A DNA stretch of 64,000 nucleotides from Caldisericota bacterium (lineage in GTDB: Bacteria > Caldisericota > Caldisericia > JAAYUI01), in assembly GCA_029548865.1 (NCBI GenBank), contig JAKPMO010000002.1, positions 245,169 to 309,168 on the forward strand, in the 5' to 3' direction. The notes beneath the pieces are model-generated. The model was given only the letters and a program-made list of their open reading frames with translations, made no database searches and had not been told where the DNA came from. The position numbers and the translations under genes are program-made. Each line of letters opens with the position of its first letter. The stretch's first letter is position 1. This document shows, piece after piece, positions 27,332 through 36,919 of this stretch.

Positions 27332-28885
27332 TTAAAATGTATCCGGAACAAGGATGGATCTCTTCATTGAGGGGTGTGGTTTGAGTCCAAGGAGGTAGAG
27401 AATCAGCCCTGTAACATCTGACAGACTCCCGCCTTCACCAAACTCCCATGGTTTCCTGCCCTCACTCGGAATAAAGATGCAGGGCACAAGATTTGTCGAG
27501 TGGGCAGTCTCCTTGTTTCCATTCTCGTCAAGTAACTGCTCTGCATTGCCGTGGTCTGATATGATTACCACATCATAACTATGCTCATGCGCCGCATTGA
27601 CTATCTTTCCGGTTGATTCATCGACCTGTTTTATGGTTTTGATTGTTGCGTCAATGTTGCCAGTGTGACCTACCATGTCAGGGTTTGCCAGATTGCAGAC
27701 AATAAAGCTGTGCTTCTCGGTTTTGATGTCTTCCACAAGTTTTTCTTCAACCTGCGGGCATGACATTTCCGGCTGTAAATCGTAAGTGGGGACCTTTGGC
27801 GATGGCACAAGGACCCTGTCTTCGCCCTTGTAAGTCTCCTCCCTACCTCCGTTGAGAAAATATGTAACATGGGCGTATTTTTCAGTTTCTGCGATGCGAA
27901 GCTGGGAGAGTCCTGCATCGGAAACAATTTTGCCAAGGGTGGTTTCGATGTCCTGTTTCAAAAGCTCTTCTGTAAAAATTATTGGAAGAGTAAACGTTTC
28001 ATCATACATTGCGAAACATGTGTAGCTTATCTTTGGTAATTTGTCCCTTTCAAATCCTGTAAAATCCTTTTCGGTAAGAGCTTTTGTGAGCTCCCTTGCC
28101 CTGTCAGGCCTGTAATTGAAGTGTATGAATGAGTCGCCGTCTTCAATCAGTGCCAGTGGTTTGTCACCATCCATTATGATCGTAGGTGTTACAAATTCAT
28201 CTGTCTCGCCCAGCAGATAGGCCTGGTCAACGGCTTCAATTGCTGATCTGGCATGTCTCCCTTTTCCAGCTGTCAGGCAATCGTAGGCTATTTTTACCCT
28301 GTCCCAGCGGTTGTCCCTGTCCATGCTGAAGTATCTTCCCTGAACGGTTGCTATTTTTCCACAGCCGATTTCCTTTAGTTTGCCCTCAATTTCGGCGATA
28401 TATTTTTTGGCGGATTGTGGTGGTGTGTCCCTTCCATCAAGAAAGGCATGCACAAATACGTTTTCAACCCCGCATGATTTTGCTGTTTTGACTATTTCGT
28501 AGAGGTGCTCCAGAACCGAATGGACACCACCATCAGAGCATAACCCAGCCAGATGGAGTTTGCCTTTTTTGCCATCCTCTATTGCTTTCAGCAATGTCGG
28601 ATTTTTTTGGAACATTCCATCTTCAATGGATTTGTTGATTAGCGTCAGTTTCTGGTAAACGATCCTTCCTGCGCCAAGATTGAGGTGCCCGACTTCCGAA
28701 TTCCCCATTTGTCCCTTTGGGAGTCCAACGGCCAGTCCTGATGCCTCAAGGAGTGTGTGCGGATATTTTCTCTGGAGCTCGTCAATGTTGGGTGTTCCGG
28801 CCAGAGTAATGGCATTTCCTGGGCCAGGTGGTGCCACCCCGAAACCATCCAGTATAAGAAGTAAAACTTTGTTGCCTGTTTTCAC
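27332..28885 (-). CDS. gpmI: 2,3-bisphosphoglycerate-independent phosphoglycerate mutase
   Basis: ILDGFG, GQMGNSEVGH, DGRDT, AETEKYAHVT, DMVGHTG and DHGNAE. Confidence 0.96.
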   Translation of the reverse strand: MKTGNKVLLLILDGFGVAPPGPGNAITLAGTPNIDELQRKYPHTLLEASGLAVGLPKGQMGNSEVGHLNLGAGRIVYQKLTLINKSIEDGMFQKNPTLLKAIEDGKKGKLHLAGLCSDGGVHSVLEHLYEIVKTAKSCGVENVFVHAFLDGRDTPPQSAKKYIAEIEGKLKEIGCGKIATVQGRYFSMDRDNRWDRVKIAYDCLTAGKGRHARSAIEAVDQAYLLGETDEFVTPTIIMDGDKPLALIEDGDSFIHFNYRPDRARELTKALTEKDFTGFERDKLPKISYTCFAMYDETFTLPIIFTEELLKQDIETTLGKIVSDAGLSQLRIAETEKYAHVTYFLNGGREETYKGEDRVLVPSPKVPTYDLQPEMSCPQVEEKLVEDIKTEKHSFIVCNLANPDMVGHTGNIDATIKTIKQVDESTGKIVNAAHEHSYDVVIISDHGNAEQLLDENGNKETAHSTNLVPCIFIPSEGRKPWEFGEGGSLSDVTGLILYLLGLKPHPSMKRSILVPDTF

Positions 28886-28995
28886 GCAATCAAGTTTACT
28901 TCAACACCAAAACGCTTCAAGTACCACGATTATTAGCGTCCGATTTTGCCAAAACATTGACAAAAGCACATCCATACTTACAATCTTCTAGCAAT

Positions 28996-29799
28996 ATGGG
29001 AAGATCTATCGTTGTTACTTCAGGAAAAGGAGGCGTTGGAAAAACAACGCTAACCGCAAACCTTGGGTATGGGCTGTCGCTTGAAGGGAAAAAAGTCGTC
29101 CTGGTTGATACGGACATAGGTCTTAGAAATCTTGATGTCATACTGGGTCTTGAAAACAGGGTTGTCTATGATGTTGTAAATGTCGCAGAGGGAACCTGTG
29201 AACTTCAGCAGGCCCTTGTCAAAGACAAAAGGCTTGGCTCCAGCCTGTTTTTGCTGCCTGCCGCCCAGACCAGAAGAAAAGAAGATATATCAAATGACCA
29301 GCTGAAGCAGATTGTAACAGCGCTCAAAGGTGCGTTTGACTATGTAATTCTGGATTGTCCTGCAGGCATCGAGCATGGTTTCAACAATGCGGTCAATTCT
29401 GCGGACGAGGCGGTTGTTGTTGTAACACCCGAAGTCTCATCCGTAAGGGACGCAGACAGGGTCATAGGCCTTTTGGAATCAGCAGGAGTGAATGACATCT
29501 CACTTGTCGTAAACAGGATCAAACCAGAAATGGTCTCCTCTGGAGAGATGATGAGTGTCGAGGACGTGCTTGACATACTCGCTGTCAGACTTTTGGGTGT
29601 CATCCCGGAGGACAGACAGGTAATTGTCTCAACAAACAAGGGAGAGCCAATAATTCTTAACGAAAAATCACTGGCCACTTCGGCCATAAAAGCCATCGTT
29701 GACAGGCTTGAAGGCAGGGAGGTCCCAATCCCAACTTTTGGCAAGAGGGGTTTCTGGGCAAGACTCTCTGATGCAATAACCGGCAGGAGGAAACAATGA
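28996..29799 (+). CDS. minD: Septum site-determining ATPase MinD
   Basis: TSGKGGVGKTT, DIGLRNLD, DCPAGIE and VRDADR. Confidence 0.96.
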   Translation: MGRSIVVTSGKGGVGKTTLTANLGYGLSLEGKKVVLVDTDIGLRNLDVILGLENRVVYDVVNVAEGTCELQQALVKDKRLGSSLFLLPAAQTRRKEDISNDQLKQIVTALKGAFDYVILDCPAGIEHGFNNAVNSADEAVVVVTPEVSSVRDADRVIGLLESAGVNDISLVVNRIKPEMVSSGEMMSVEDVLDILAVRLLGVIPEDRQVIVSTNKGEPIILNEKSLATSAIKAIVDRLEGREVPIPTFGKRGFWARLSDAITGRRKQ

Positions 29800-30050
29800 G
29801 CTTTTTTTTCAGGGCCAAACCATCGGCCAGCATGGCCAAGGAACGGCTAAGAATGGTTTTGATACAGGACAGGTCGCTGCTTTCTCCCGGGATGCTTGAC
29901 AGCATGAGAAAAGATATGATAGAGGTGCTCAACAAATATTTTGTCGTTGACAATGAAGGCATTGAAATTGACATAGACAGCAAGGACACCTCGACAATGC
30001 TTGTGGCAAACATCCCGATCATCCAGACCAAAAGAAGAACTAATCAGTAG
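29796..30050 (+). CDS. minE: Cell division topological specificity factor MinE
   Basis: SA..AKERL..VL..DR and LVANIPI. Confidence 0.93.
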   Translation: MSFFFRAKPSASMAKERLRMVLIQDRSLLSPGMLDSMRKDMIEVLNKYFVVDNEGIEIDIDSKDTSTMLVANIPIIQTKRRTNQ

Positions 30051-30621
30051 CCTGTTCTAGCGTTTCTTCCAGAGAGACCTCTTCAAAGAGGCCTTCTTCA
30101 CCTGTTTCCTCGTCTGTCGTCAGAAAAGTAACATGGGCTTTCATCTCTTCGATTCCCGAAACCCCGGCCATTTGCCTGAATTTGTCAGTCACAATATATG
30201 AGACCTTTCTCTTCTTTGTAACAGAGGGTTTTTCTATTCTTTCAAGGAGCCCCTTTTTCACTAGTCCCTGAATTGTCATTTCAGAGGGTTTGCCTCTGTA
30301 TTTTGAAATTTGAGGGCAAGAGGCCTCTCCTTTGCTTGCAACAATGGCAAGCACTTCAATTGCGGCAGAAGTCATCTTCCTTTTAGTGGCCCTTGAAACA
30401 AGTGGTTTTATGAATTCCTCATACTCCGGGTTTGTGAGCAACTGGGCATGGCCATTGGTGATTTTGAGGAAGATGCCGCTGTCCCTGTACCTGATTGCCA
30501 GGTAGCCCAGCGCCTGGTTTACCTCGCTTTGATCGCATTTTGCCAGGTGGGCGATTCGCTTGATTGCCAAAGGTTTGTTTGAGGCAAAAAGAATGGCCTC
30601 GATAGTATTCTGTATGTTCAT
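30040..30621 (-). CDS. scpB: Segregation and condensation protein B
   Basis: IEAILFAS..P, A.EVLAIVA and Y.VT.KF; follows scpA. Confidence 0.85.
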   Translation of the reverse strand: MNIQNTIEAILFASNKPLAIKRIAHLAKCDQSEVNQALGYLAIRYRDSGIFLKITNGHAQLLTNPEYEEFIKPLVSRATKRKMTSAAIEVLAIVASKGEASCPQISKYRGKPSEMTIQGLVKKGLLERIEKPSVTKKRKVSYIVTDKFRQMAGVSGIEEMKAHVTFLTTDEETGEEGLFEEVSLEETLEQATD

Positions 30622-31313
30622 GCCTTGTCGATGTATATTGGCCCGAATGGTTCCTCCTGATAGAGGAGGACACGTTTTCTTTTTGCAAGCTCGAGTATGG
30701 CCAGGAGATTTGTTATCACGTCAAACCTTGTAGAGTTTTTGGTCAGGAGCAGCGAAAAAAGGAGCTGGATGCCCTTCTTCAGACGGTCCATTATTTCGCC
30801 CATCGCCGCCCTCAGATCGATTGTTTTTCTTCTAACGATAATTGGGGTCTGGTCGACTTCGCGCTTTTTTGCCAATCTGGCGATTATTGCTACCAACCTC
30901 TTGCTGGTTGGGACCGATATTTCTTCTGAGCACACGACTTCTGGGGAAGGCCTTGGAAAGCTGCCCGCATCGAGCTCGAAATTTCTTTTTATGAGATCTT
31001 TGAGCTGGCACAGTGCGTTAAAATTACCCTCAAGCCTGCCCTCGAATTCGCCGGTTTCAAACACGGAAGGCTTTGTTTTTTCAATAAACCTTCCACCATT
31101 TGCCACGAACTCTGATTTCATGAGTAACAGGCTTGCAACCTTGTCAAGCGCTTCAAGCTGTGAAGCCGTTACGCCGTCTGACTGCACGATTATTTCTAGA
31201 AGTTTTTCAGTTATTACAGCAAGCCTGATGTTGTATGGTGAAACTTTCCCGGCCCTGGCCGACTGGATAATCAGCCCAAGGCTGTTTGGATTTACAACAT
31301 TGTCAATAGGCAA
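30618..31313 (-). CDS. scpA: Segregation and condensation protein A (divergent)
   Basis: C-terminal VITNLLAILELAK...LYQEEPFGPIYI. Confidence 0.8.
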   Translation of the reverse strand: MPIDNVVNPNSLGLIIQSARAGKVSPYNIRLAVITEKLLEIIVQSDGVTASQLEALDKVASLLLMKSEFVANGGRFIEKTKPSVFETGEFEGRLEGNFNALCQLKDLIKRNFELDAGSFPRPSPEVVCSEEISVPTSKRLVAIIARLAKKREVDQTPIIVRRKTIDLRAAMGEIMDRLKKGIQLLFSLLLTKNSTRFDVITNLLAILELAKRKRVLLYQEEPFGPIYIDKA

Positions 31314-32283
31314 GGCCCATCCTCTCTTTTACCTCATTCCAGATCGGCGTTGTGAATTCGTTTGCCTTTCTGGAGCCTTCATTCAGGATTTCCCAAACCA
31401 TTTTTGGATTTGATTCGTATCCGGCCCTTTTTTCCCTGAGCGGGGCAATGATCCCGTCCATGAAAGCGGCAAGCTCTTTCTTGCATGCGACACAACCAAG
31501 CTCTCCCTTTTTGCAACCTTCGGCCCTGTCTTTAAGGTTAGGCGTTTTGAGGATCTTGTGGAAATCATATACCGAGCAGATGTCTGGGTGGCCCGGGTCA
31601 GCTTTTCTTATCTTCTCCGGGTCAGTGACCATTTGCGAAATCTTTTGCTGTATTTCTTGTGGGCCATCGGAAAGGAAGATAGCATTGTCGAGACTTTTGC
31701 TCATTTTCCTGCAATCTGTACCTGGTATTAATGGGTAGTCCCTCAGGAATTCTTGTGGCTCCGGGAATGTCTCGCCATACATCGAATTGAACCTTCTGGC
31801 AATTTCCCTTGAAATCTCAAGGTGTGGCCTCTGGTCTTTTCCTATGGGGACAAGGTTGGCCTTGTAGGCGAGTATGTCCGCGGCCTGGAGCACAGGATAG
31901 CCAAGCAATCCATGCCCAACGCTGTCCTGGAGGTTCATGTCCCTGACCATGTCCTTTACTGTCGGGTTTCTCTCGAGCCATCCTGTTGGGGTCAGCATTG
32001 AAAGCACAAGGTAGAGATTGTAGTGTATAGGGACTTCCGACTGGACGAGGACAGCCGATTTCTGTGGATCTATTCCTGCCGCGAACCAGTCACAGGCCAT
32101 CTGGAAAATGTTTTCCTTTATCTCTGAAGTTTTGTCAGCACTTGTTGTCAGGACGTGAAGGTCTGCAACAAGGAAAAAACATTCGTGCTGGTGCTGCATT
32201 TCGACATAAGAAAGCAGAACTGAAAGGTAGTGTCCGATGTGCATGCGGCCTGTTGGCCTCATGCCAGAGAGTACTCTAGCCAT
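31303..32283 (-). CDS. trpS: Tryptophanyl-tRNA synthetase
   Basis: SGMRPTG.MHIGH, YPVLQAADIL and KMSKS; start MARVLSG. Confidence 0.96.
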   Translation of the reverse strand: MARVLSGMRPTGRMHIGHYLSVLLSYVEMQHQHECFFLVADLHVLTTSADKTSEIKENIFQMACDWFAAGIDPQKSAVLVQSEVPIHYNLYLVLSMLTPTGWLERNPTVKDMVRDMNLQDSVGHGLLGYPVLQAADILAYKANLVPIGKDQRPHLEISREIARRFNSMYGETFPEPQEFLRDYPLIPGTDCRKMSKSLDNAIFLSDGPQEIQQKISQMVTDPEKIRKADPGHPDICSVYDFHKILKTPNLKDRAEGCKKGELGCVACKKELAAFMDGIIAPLREKRAGYESNPKMVWEILNEGSRKANEFTTPIWNEVKERMGLAY

Positions 32284-32951
32284 CAAAATCCTCCAATAAA
32301 TGGTGTGAAATAAGCAAAATAGGGTCTTCCTATCATGCCGAACAGCTTGAGAAAGACGCTCGAAGCTGAAATCAGCCATGAAAGAAGTGGTGTCAAGATT
32401 ATCAGTATGACGATGAGTGTCCACCCCATGTAGGTTATGGCCATGGAGTCATAGACCCCTTGCGGCTTGTGGTATAGAAGTCCAACAAGCAGTTTGAAGC
32501 CCGGCAATTGCGGTATGGGGAGAAGATTGAACAGGGCAAAAAATATATTGAAGGCACAGAAAAATTCTACTGCAGATTTTATGGTCCTCAAATCGAGGTT
32601 TGTGACTGGCTCGAGCCATTTGAGCAGCAAATAGACGAGTCCACCAGCAATCCACATGGCAAGGTTTGCCCCAATGCCTGACAGTTCGATAAGCAGGGGT
32701 GCGTAGCGTTTTTGCCCGAGGTCGTTGAAATTGTATTCCATCGGCTTCATCCAGCCCACATAAAAAATCAGCAGTGATGCACTTCCAAAAATATCGAGAT
32801 GGTGGAGCGGATTCCAGGAAAATCTTCCCTGTATCTTTGTTTGCCTGTCACCAAGCCTGTAGGCCACCCATGCCCTGGTGTAGCAGTTTACGAGGCCGCA
32901 CCCTACAAAAAGAATCAGGAGCGGAAACATTTTTATCAGATAATCATTCAC
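32283..32951 (-). CDS. Site-2 protease family (M50) homologue with degenerate HExxH
   Basis: AYRLGD...GRFSWNPL.HLD, G..ANL and FNLLPIP; HEFAH is replaced by NCYTR. Confidence 0.75.
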   Translation of the reverse strand: MNDYLIKMFPLLILFVGCGLVNCYTRAWVAYRLGDRQTKIQGRFSWNPLHHLDIFGSASLLIFYVGWMKPMEYNFNDLGQKRYAPLLIELSGIGANLAMWIAGGLVYLLLKWLEPVTNLDLRTIKSAVEFFCAFNIFFALFNLLPIPQLPGFKLLVGLLYHKPQGVYDSMAITYMGWTLIVILIILTPLLSWLISASSVFLKLFGMIGRPYFAYFTPFIGGF

Positions 32952-35541
32952 TGGCTATCCTCCTGGCAAGTTCTAATTCCTGTATATATCCAGAAACCAG
33001 CCCAGCCACTTTTTGTTCCAGGACCTGGTCGATGATGGCCTTGAAGTTTTTTGTCTTCTTTAGCCCGTTTGAAATGAGGTCCTCTCCGGTTATTTCAAGC
33101 CTGATATTGCGTATTTTACCCACCAGGTCGAGGTTTTTCAAGTTTTCAGGCAGTTTGCCACCCATGCAGGCAAAGACAACCGCAGAATCATTGAGGTTTT
33201 TTAGCGACCTGAATATCTCCAGGCGATCACCCCTGCCAATTGCCTGGGAGAGCACCAGAGAACCTTCCTTGGATACTTCAACTGTGTCAATGAATTTGCC
33301 AGACATTCTTATTCTTGAGAGGCACTCCCTCAGTGCGCCCTTGTCAATTGCCATCCCGAGAACAAGGCACCTCAGGACCCTCAAATCGGGCTTGAAGCCT
33401 TTTCTTGCGGTAATTGCTGCTAGCCTGTCAGCCTTGAGAAGGAGCTGGTGGAGGCCATCCGGCAACTGCCCAAAGATGACCGTGAGTCCGTCCATCTGCT
33501 CCAGAAGGTAGAGCATTTCGGAACCCTTTTCGTGCCTTAGTATCTTTTCAAACTCCTGTGCCGTCCTCTCATTCTTGGCTGTGGCAAGGAGGCCGGTCTT
33601 TATGGCGTCTACCGCGAGACGCTTTGTCTCTTTTTCCAGCGTAAAGTTCAATATTTTTGAATAGTATGCGGCCCTCAGAATCCTGGTTGGGTCTTCTACA
33701 AAAGAGAGATTATGCAAAACTCTTACTTTCTTCGTTGCTATGTCGTCGAACCCTCCGCAATAATCGAGGATTTTGTCCTTGTTTGGGCCATTGAGCGAGA
33801 GGGCGAGGGCGTTTATTGTAAAATCTCTTCTCATCAGGTCTTCCCTGATTGAGCTCTGGATCACATTCGGATACGCACCAGGTTCGGTGTAGTATTCTGT
33901 CCTTGCCGTGGCAAAATCGTATTGTATCCCATCCAGCAGCATTCTTGCCGTGCCGAACCTCTCATGGGTCGTTATTTTACCACCCAATTCCTCTGCAGCT
34001 GATTTAGCAAGATTGACTGCATCACCCTCTACAAGGATGTCCAGATCGGTAGGCTCTTTGTCCATGATGCTGTCCCTTACGGCGCCACCAACGAGATAGA
34101 GGTTGTGTCCCAGTTCGTTGGCTATCCTCACAAATACGTCTATTTTTTCCTGAATGCTGGCTGGCACCTTTTGCTGGAGCTCTCTAGTTTGGGTTTTGTC
34201 GATGAATGTTGGTGGAGGGAATGGCCCGATGTCTTGCCCCCTGTGCCAGAAAGAGGCCTTGAGGACGTCCGAACGGGTTACAATGCCAACTACCCTACCA
34301 CTTGAGACAACTGGCAATCTTCCAAGCGACTTCTTCATCATGAGTCTTCTGGCTTCAACGATGGACGCACCTGCATCTATTGTAACAACGTTTGTTGTCA
34401 TGTAACGCTTGACCGGCCTGTGCTGGTATTCGTCGGGGACTCTGTCCAGGTCGCGCCTTGTGATGATCCCTATCAACCTGTCTTCATTGACGACAGGCAG
34501 CCCGCCATGTCCAAATCTTTGCACCTGTTTTAGTGCTTCACTTACCGGTACCTCTGGGCCAACGGTTTTGACCGGTGAGCTCATGATCGAAGTGATTGTT
34601 GGCGGTGGGACAATTTCTTCTTCGCAGACTTTTCTGATTCTGTAGAATGCAAGTTTTGGGTCGAGCTCACCTTTTATTTTTGCGGCCGATGCAGTTTTAT
34701 GGCCACCCCCGCCAAAATGGCTAAGCACCTTTGCGGAGTCAACCAGCCTGTCATCAAGCGACCTGCCCACAAAATATGTGTTTCCGGTCATGGAGCAGGC
34801 CGTAAATATTGCGTCTGCCTCAACCAGGTCAAAGAGCTTGTGGGTTATGAAAGCGAGATTTTCAACATAATCCTTGTATTTGACGCATGAAATGGCGATA
34901 AGGATGCCGCCCATCGGGACAACCTCAATATTGTCCAGGAATTGCTTGAGTATGTCTTTTCCTCGCTGGTCCAGCGCAGTAGAGAGAAATCTCCTGACGA
35001 CCTGGAGGCTTGCACCAAGCGACAGCAGGTATGCCGCGACCTCAAGGTCCTGCGGGGTTGTTGTCGGCGATATGAGGTTGGCGGTGTCCTCATAGACACC
35101 TGTCAGCATGACGGTCGCTTCCTGGGGTGAAATGTAAACTTTTCTAAGTTTGAGAAGGGGCAGGAGCATCGTAGTGGTTGATCCGACCTCTTTTTGGACG
35201 AGCCTGCAATTGGCGTGTCCCCTTGAGGCCGTGTGATGGTCAAAAATAATACAACGCTGGAGATTTTTGAAACTTGCCACAAAATCCCAGACTTTTTTTG
35301 AAGGCCTGGTGTCAACAATAAAAAGTTCCCTTATTGAATCAGGGTCGTACTCCTCAAAGTCTTCGAGCCTTATGAAGTCCTTGTATATACCCAGAAACAT
35401 CTGGACTGGTCTCTCTACTCCGGAAATTTTTACAGGAATCACCCCTGGGTACAGCTTTGATATGCAAAGGGAGGCCGCCAGAGCATCGAAGTCTATGGAC
35501 GACAGGCATGTGACGATTCTGGATGTTGTTTTTTTGGCCAT
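32944..35541 (-). CDS. cca: tRNA nucleotidyltransferase with DHH/DHHA1 and CBS domains
   Basis: D.DA, DHH, GGGH..A, CBS pair, LVGGAVRD, DLD, RRDFTINA and EDPTRILRA. Confidence 0.9.
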   Translation of the reverse strand: MAKKTTSRIVTCLSSIDFDALAASLCISKLYPGVIPVKISGVERPVQMFLGIYKDFIRLEDFEEYDPDSIRELFIVDTRPSKKVWDFVASFKNLQRCIIFDHHTASRGHANCRLVQKEVGSTTTMLLPLLKLRKVYISPQEATVMLTGVYEDTANLISPTTTPQDLEVAAYLLSLGASLQVVRRFLSTALDQRGKDILKQFLDNIEVVPMGGILIAISCVKYKDYVENLAFITHKLFDLVEADAIFTACSMTGNTYFVGRSLDDRLVDSAKVLSHFGGGGHKTASAAKIKGELDPKLAFYRIRKVCEEEIVPPPTITSIMSSPVKTVGPEVPVSEALKQVQRFGHGGLPVVNEDRLIGIITRRDLDRVPDEYQHRPVKRYMTTNVVTIDAGASIVEARRLMMKKSLGRLPVVSSGRVVGIVTRSDVLKASFWHRGQDIGPFPPPTFIDKTQTRELQQKVPASIQEKIDVFVRIANELGHNLYLVGGAVRDSIMDKEPTDLDILVEGDAVNLAKSAAEELGGKITTHERFGTARMLLDGIQYDFATARTEYYTEPGAYPNVIQSSIREDLMRRDFTINALALSLNGPNKDKILDYCGGFDDIATKKVRVLHNLSFVEDPTRILRAAYYSKILNFTLEKETKRLAVDAIKTGLLATAKNERTAQEFEKILRHEKGSEMLYLLEQMDGLTVIFGQLPDGLHQLLLKADRLAAITARKGFKPDLRVLRCLVLGMAIDKGALRECLSRIRMSGKFIDTVEVSKEGSLVLSQAIGRGDRLEIFRSLKNLNDSAVVFACMGGKLPENLKNLDLVGKIRNIRLEITGEDLISNGLKKTKNFKAIIDQVLEQKVAGLVSGYIQELELARRIASE

Positions 35542-35629
35542 CAATGCGAGATTACACTCACGGTTCCTAGCTGTCAATTACTTGAACAAACTTTACCATC
35601 AGATATATTGTTTGCGGAAAGGACCGGAC

Positions 35630-36919
35630 ATGAGAATACTTGCAAAAGACGCAGTCAACCATATTGGCGAAGAAATAACGCTTGAAGGCTGGATACACAA
35701 TCTCAGGGAGCTCCCCGAATTCAGCTTCATTGTTTTGAGAGACAGAACGGGAACTGTACAGGGGATCCTTGAAAATCCCGACTTTGAGGTCCCGCAAATT
35801 GGAAACGAATATGTGATAAGGATGAAGGGCAATTGCGTAAAATCCGAAATCGCAAAGGCAGGTTTTGAGATAAAAGTAACCGGAATTGAAGTCCTCTCAA
35901 AAGTTGTTGATGAATTGCCCACCCAGATCAACAAGAAAAATCCGGTTGAGCATCTGGACAGGCTCCTTGATTACAGGTATTTTTCACTCAGACACCCAAA
36001 GCTTGCCGCAGTTTTCAAAGTACAATCCTGCATATCAAGAGGATTCAGGGAGTACCTTTCTTCGCAAGAATTTACCGAAATACACACACCGAAAATTGTT
36101 GCCTCTGGGACCGAGGGTGGCGCAAACCTCTTCAAGGTGGACTATTTTGGCCGTCCGGCATATCTGGCCCAGTCGCCGCAATTCTACAAACAGATGATGG
36201 TTGGCGTGTTTGAGAGGGTTTTTGAGGTTGCCCCAGTCTTCAGGGCAGAACCACACAACACCAGCAGGCACGTCAACGAATACACGTCCCTTGATTTCGA
36301 GATGGGCTACATCAAGGACGAGAATGACATAATGGACATGGAAGAGGCAGTTCTCCAGTATGTTGTAGGGCTGGTCAATGAAACATGCCAGGCCGAACTG
36401 GAACTGCTTGGCGCCAAAGTCTCAATCCCCTCCAAAATTCCGAGGATGAGGATGACAGAGGTACATGAAATCCTTGAAAAGAAATACAAAATAAAGTATC
36501 CGCAAGGATTTGACATCGATCCTGAGGGCGAAAGGGCCATTTGCGAGTATGTCCAGAAAGAAACTGGCTCGGAGTTTGTTTTCATTGATGGCTACCCGAT
36601 CGAGGCAAGGCCAATGTATACAATGCCTGACCTGGAGCACCCTGGTGACACAAGAGGGTTTGACCTCATCTACAGGGGCATGGAAATAACAACTGGTGGC
36701 CAGAGGATACACGGGTTTGACATGCTGGTGGACAACATCCGCAAATTCAAGTGCAATCCCGATGACTTTACCTTCTATACCGACGTGTTCAAATATGGCA
36801 TGCCGCCGCATGGAGGGTTGGCAATCGGACTGGAGAGGATAACCTGCCAGATGCTCGGACTGAAAAACATAAGGGAGGGGACGCTCTTCCCAAGGGACCT
36901 GGACAGGCTCACACCTTAA
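35630..36919 (+). CDS. aspS: Aspartyl-tRNA synthetase, short archaeal-like (probably non-discriminating)
   Basis: LRDRTG, TEGGANLF, LAQSPQFYKQ, FRAEPH.T.RH.NEY and GMPPHGG.AIGLER; GAAAGGA RBS. Confidence 0.9.
   Translation: MRILAKDAVNHIGEEITLEGWIHNLRELPEFSFIVLRDRTGTVQGILENPDFEVPQIGNEYVIRMKGNCVKSEIAKAGFEIKVTGIEVLSKVVDELPTQINKKNPVEHLDRLLDYRYFSLRHPKLAAVFKVQSCISRGFREYLSSQEFTEIHTPKIVASGTEGGANLFKVDYFGRPAYLAQSPQFYKQMMVGVFERVFEVAPVFRAEPHNTSRHVNEYTSLDFEMGYIKDENDIMDMEEAVLQYVVGLVNETCQAELELLGAKVSIPSKIPRMRMTEVHEILEKKYKIKYPQGFDIDPEGERAICEYVQKETGSEFVFIDGYPIEARPMYTMPDLEHPGDTRGFDLIYRGMEITTGGQRIHGFDMLVDNIRKFKCNPDDFTFYTDVFKYGMPPHGGLAIGLERITCQMLGLKNIREGTLFPRDLDRLTP

Noticed and set aside
35267..35629. N-terminal extension of aspS in the ORF track
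   Set aside because: Overlaps cca on the opposite strand; the RBS supports ATG 35630.
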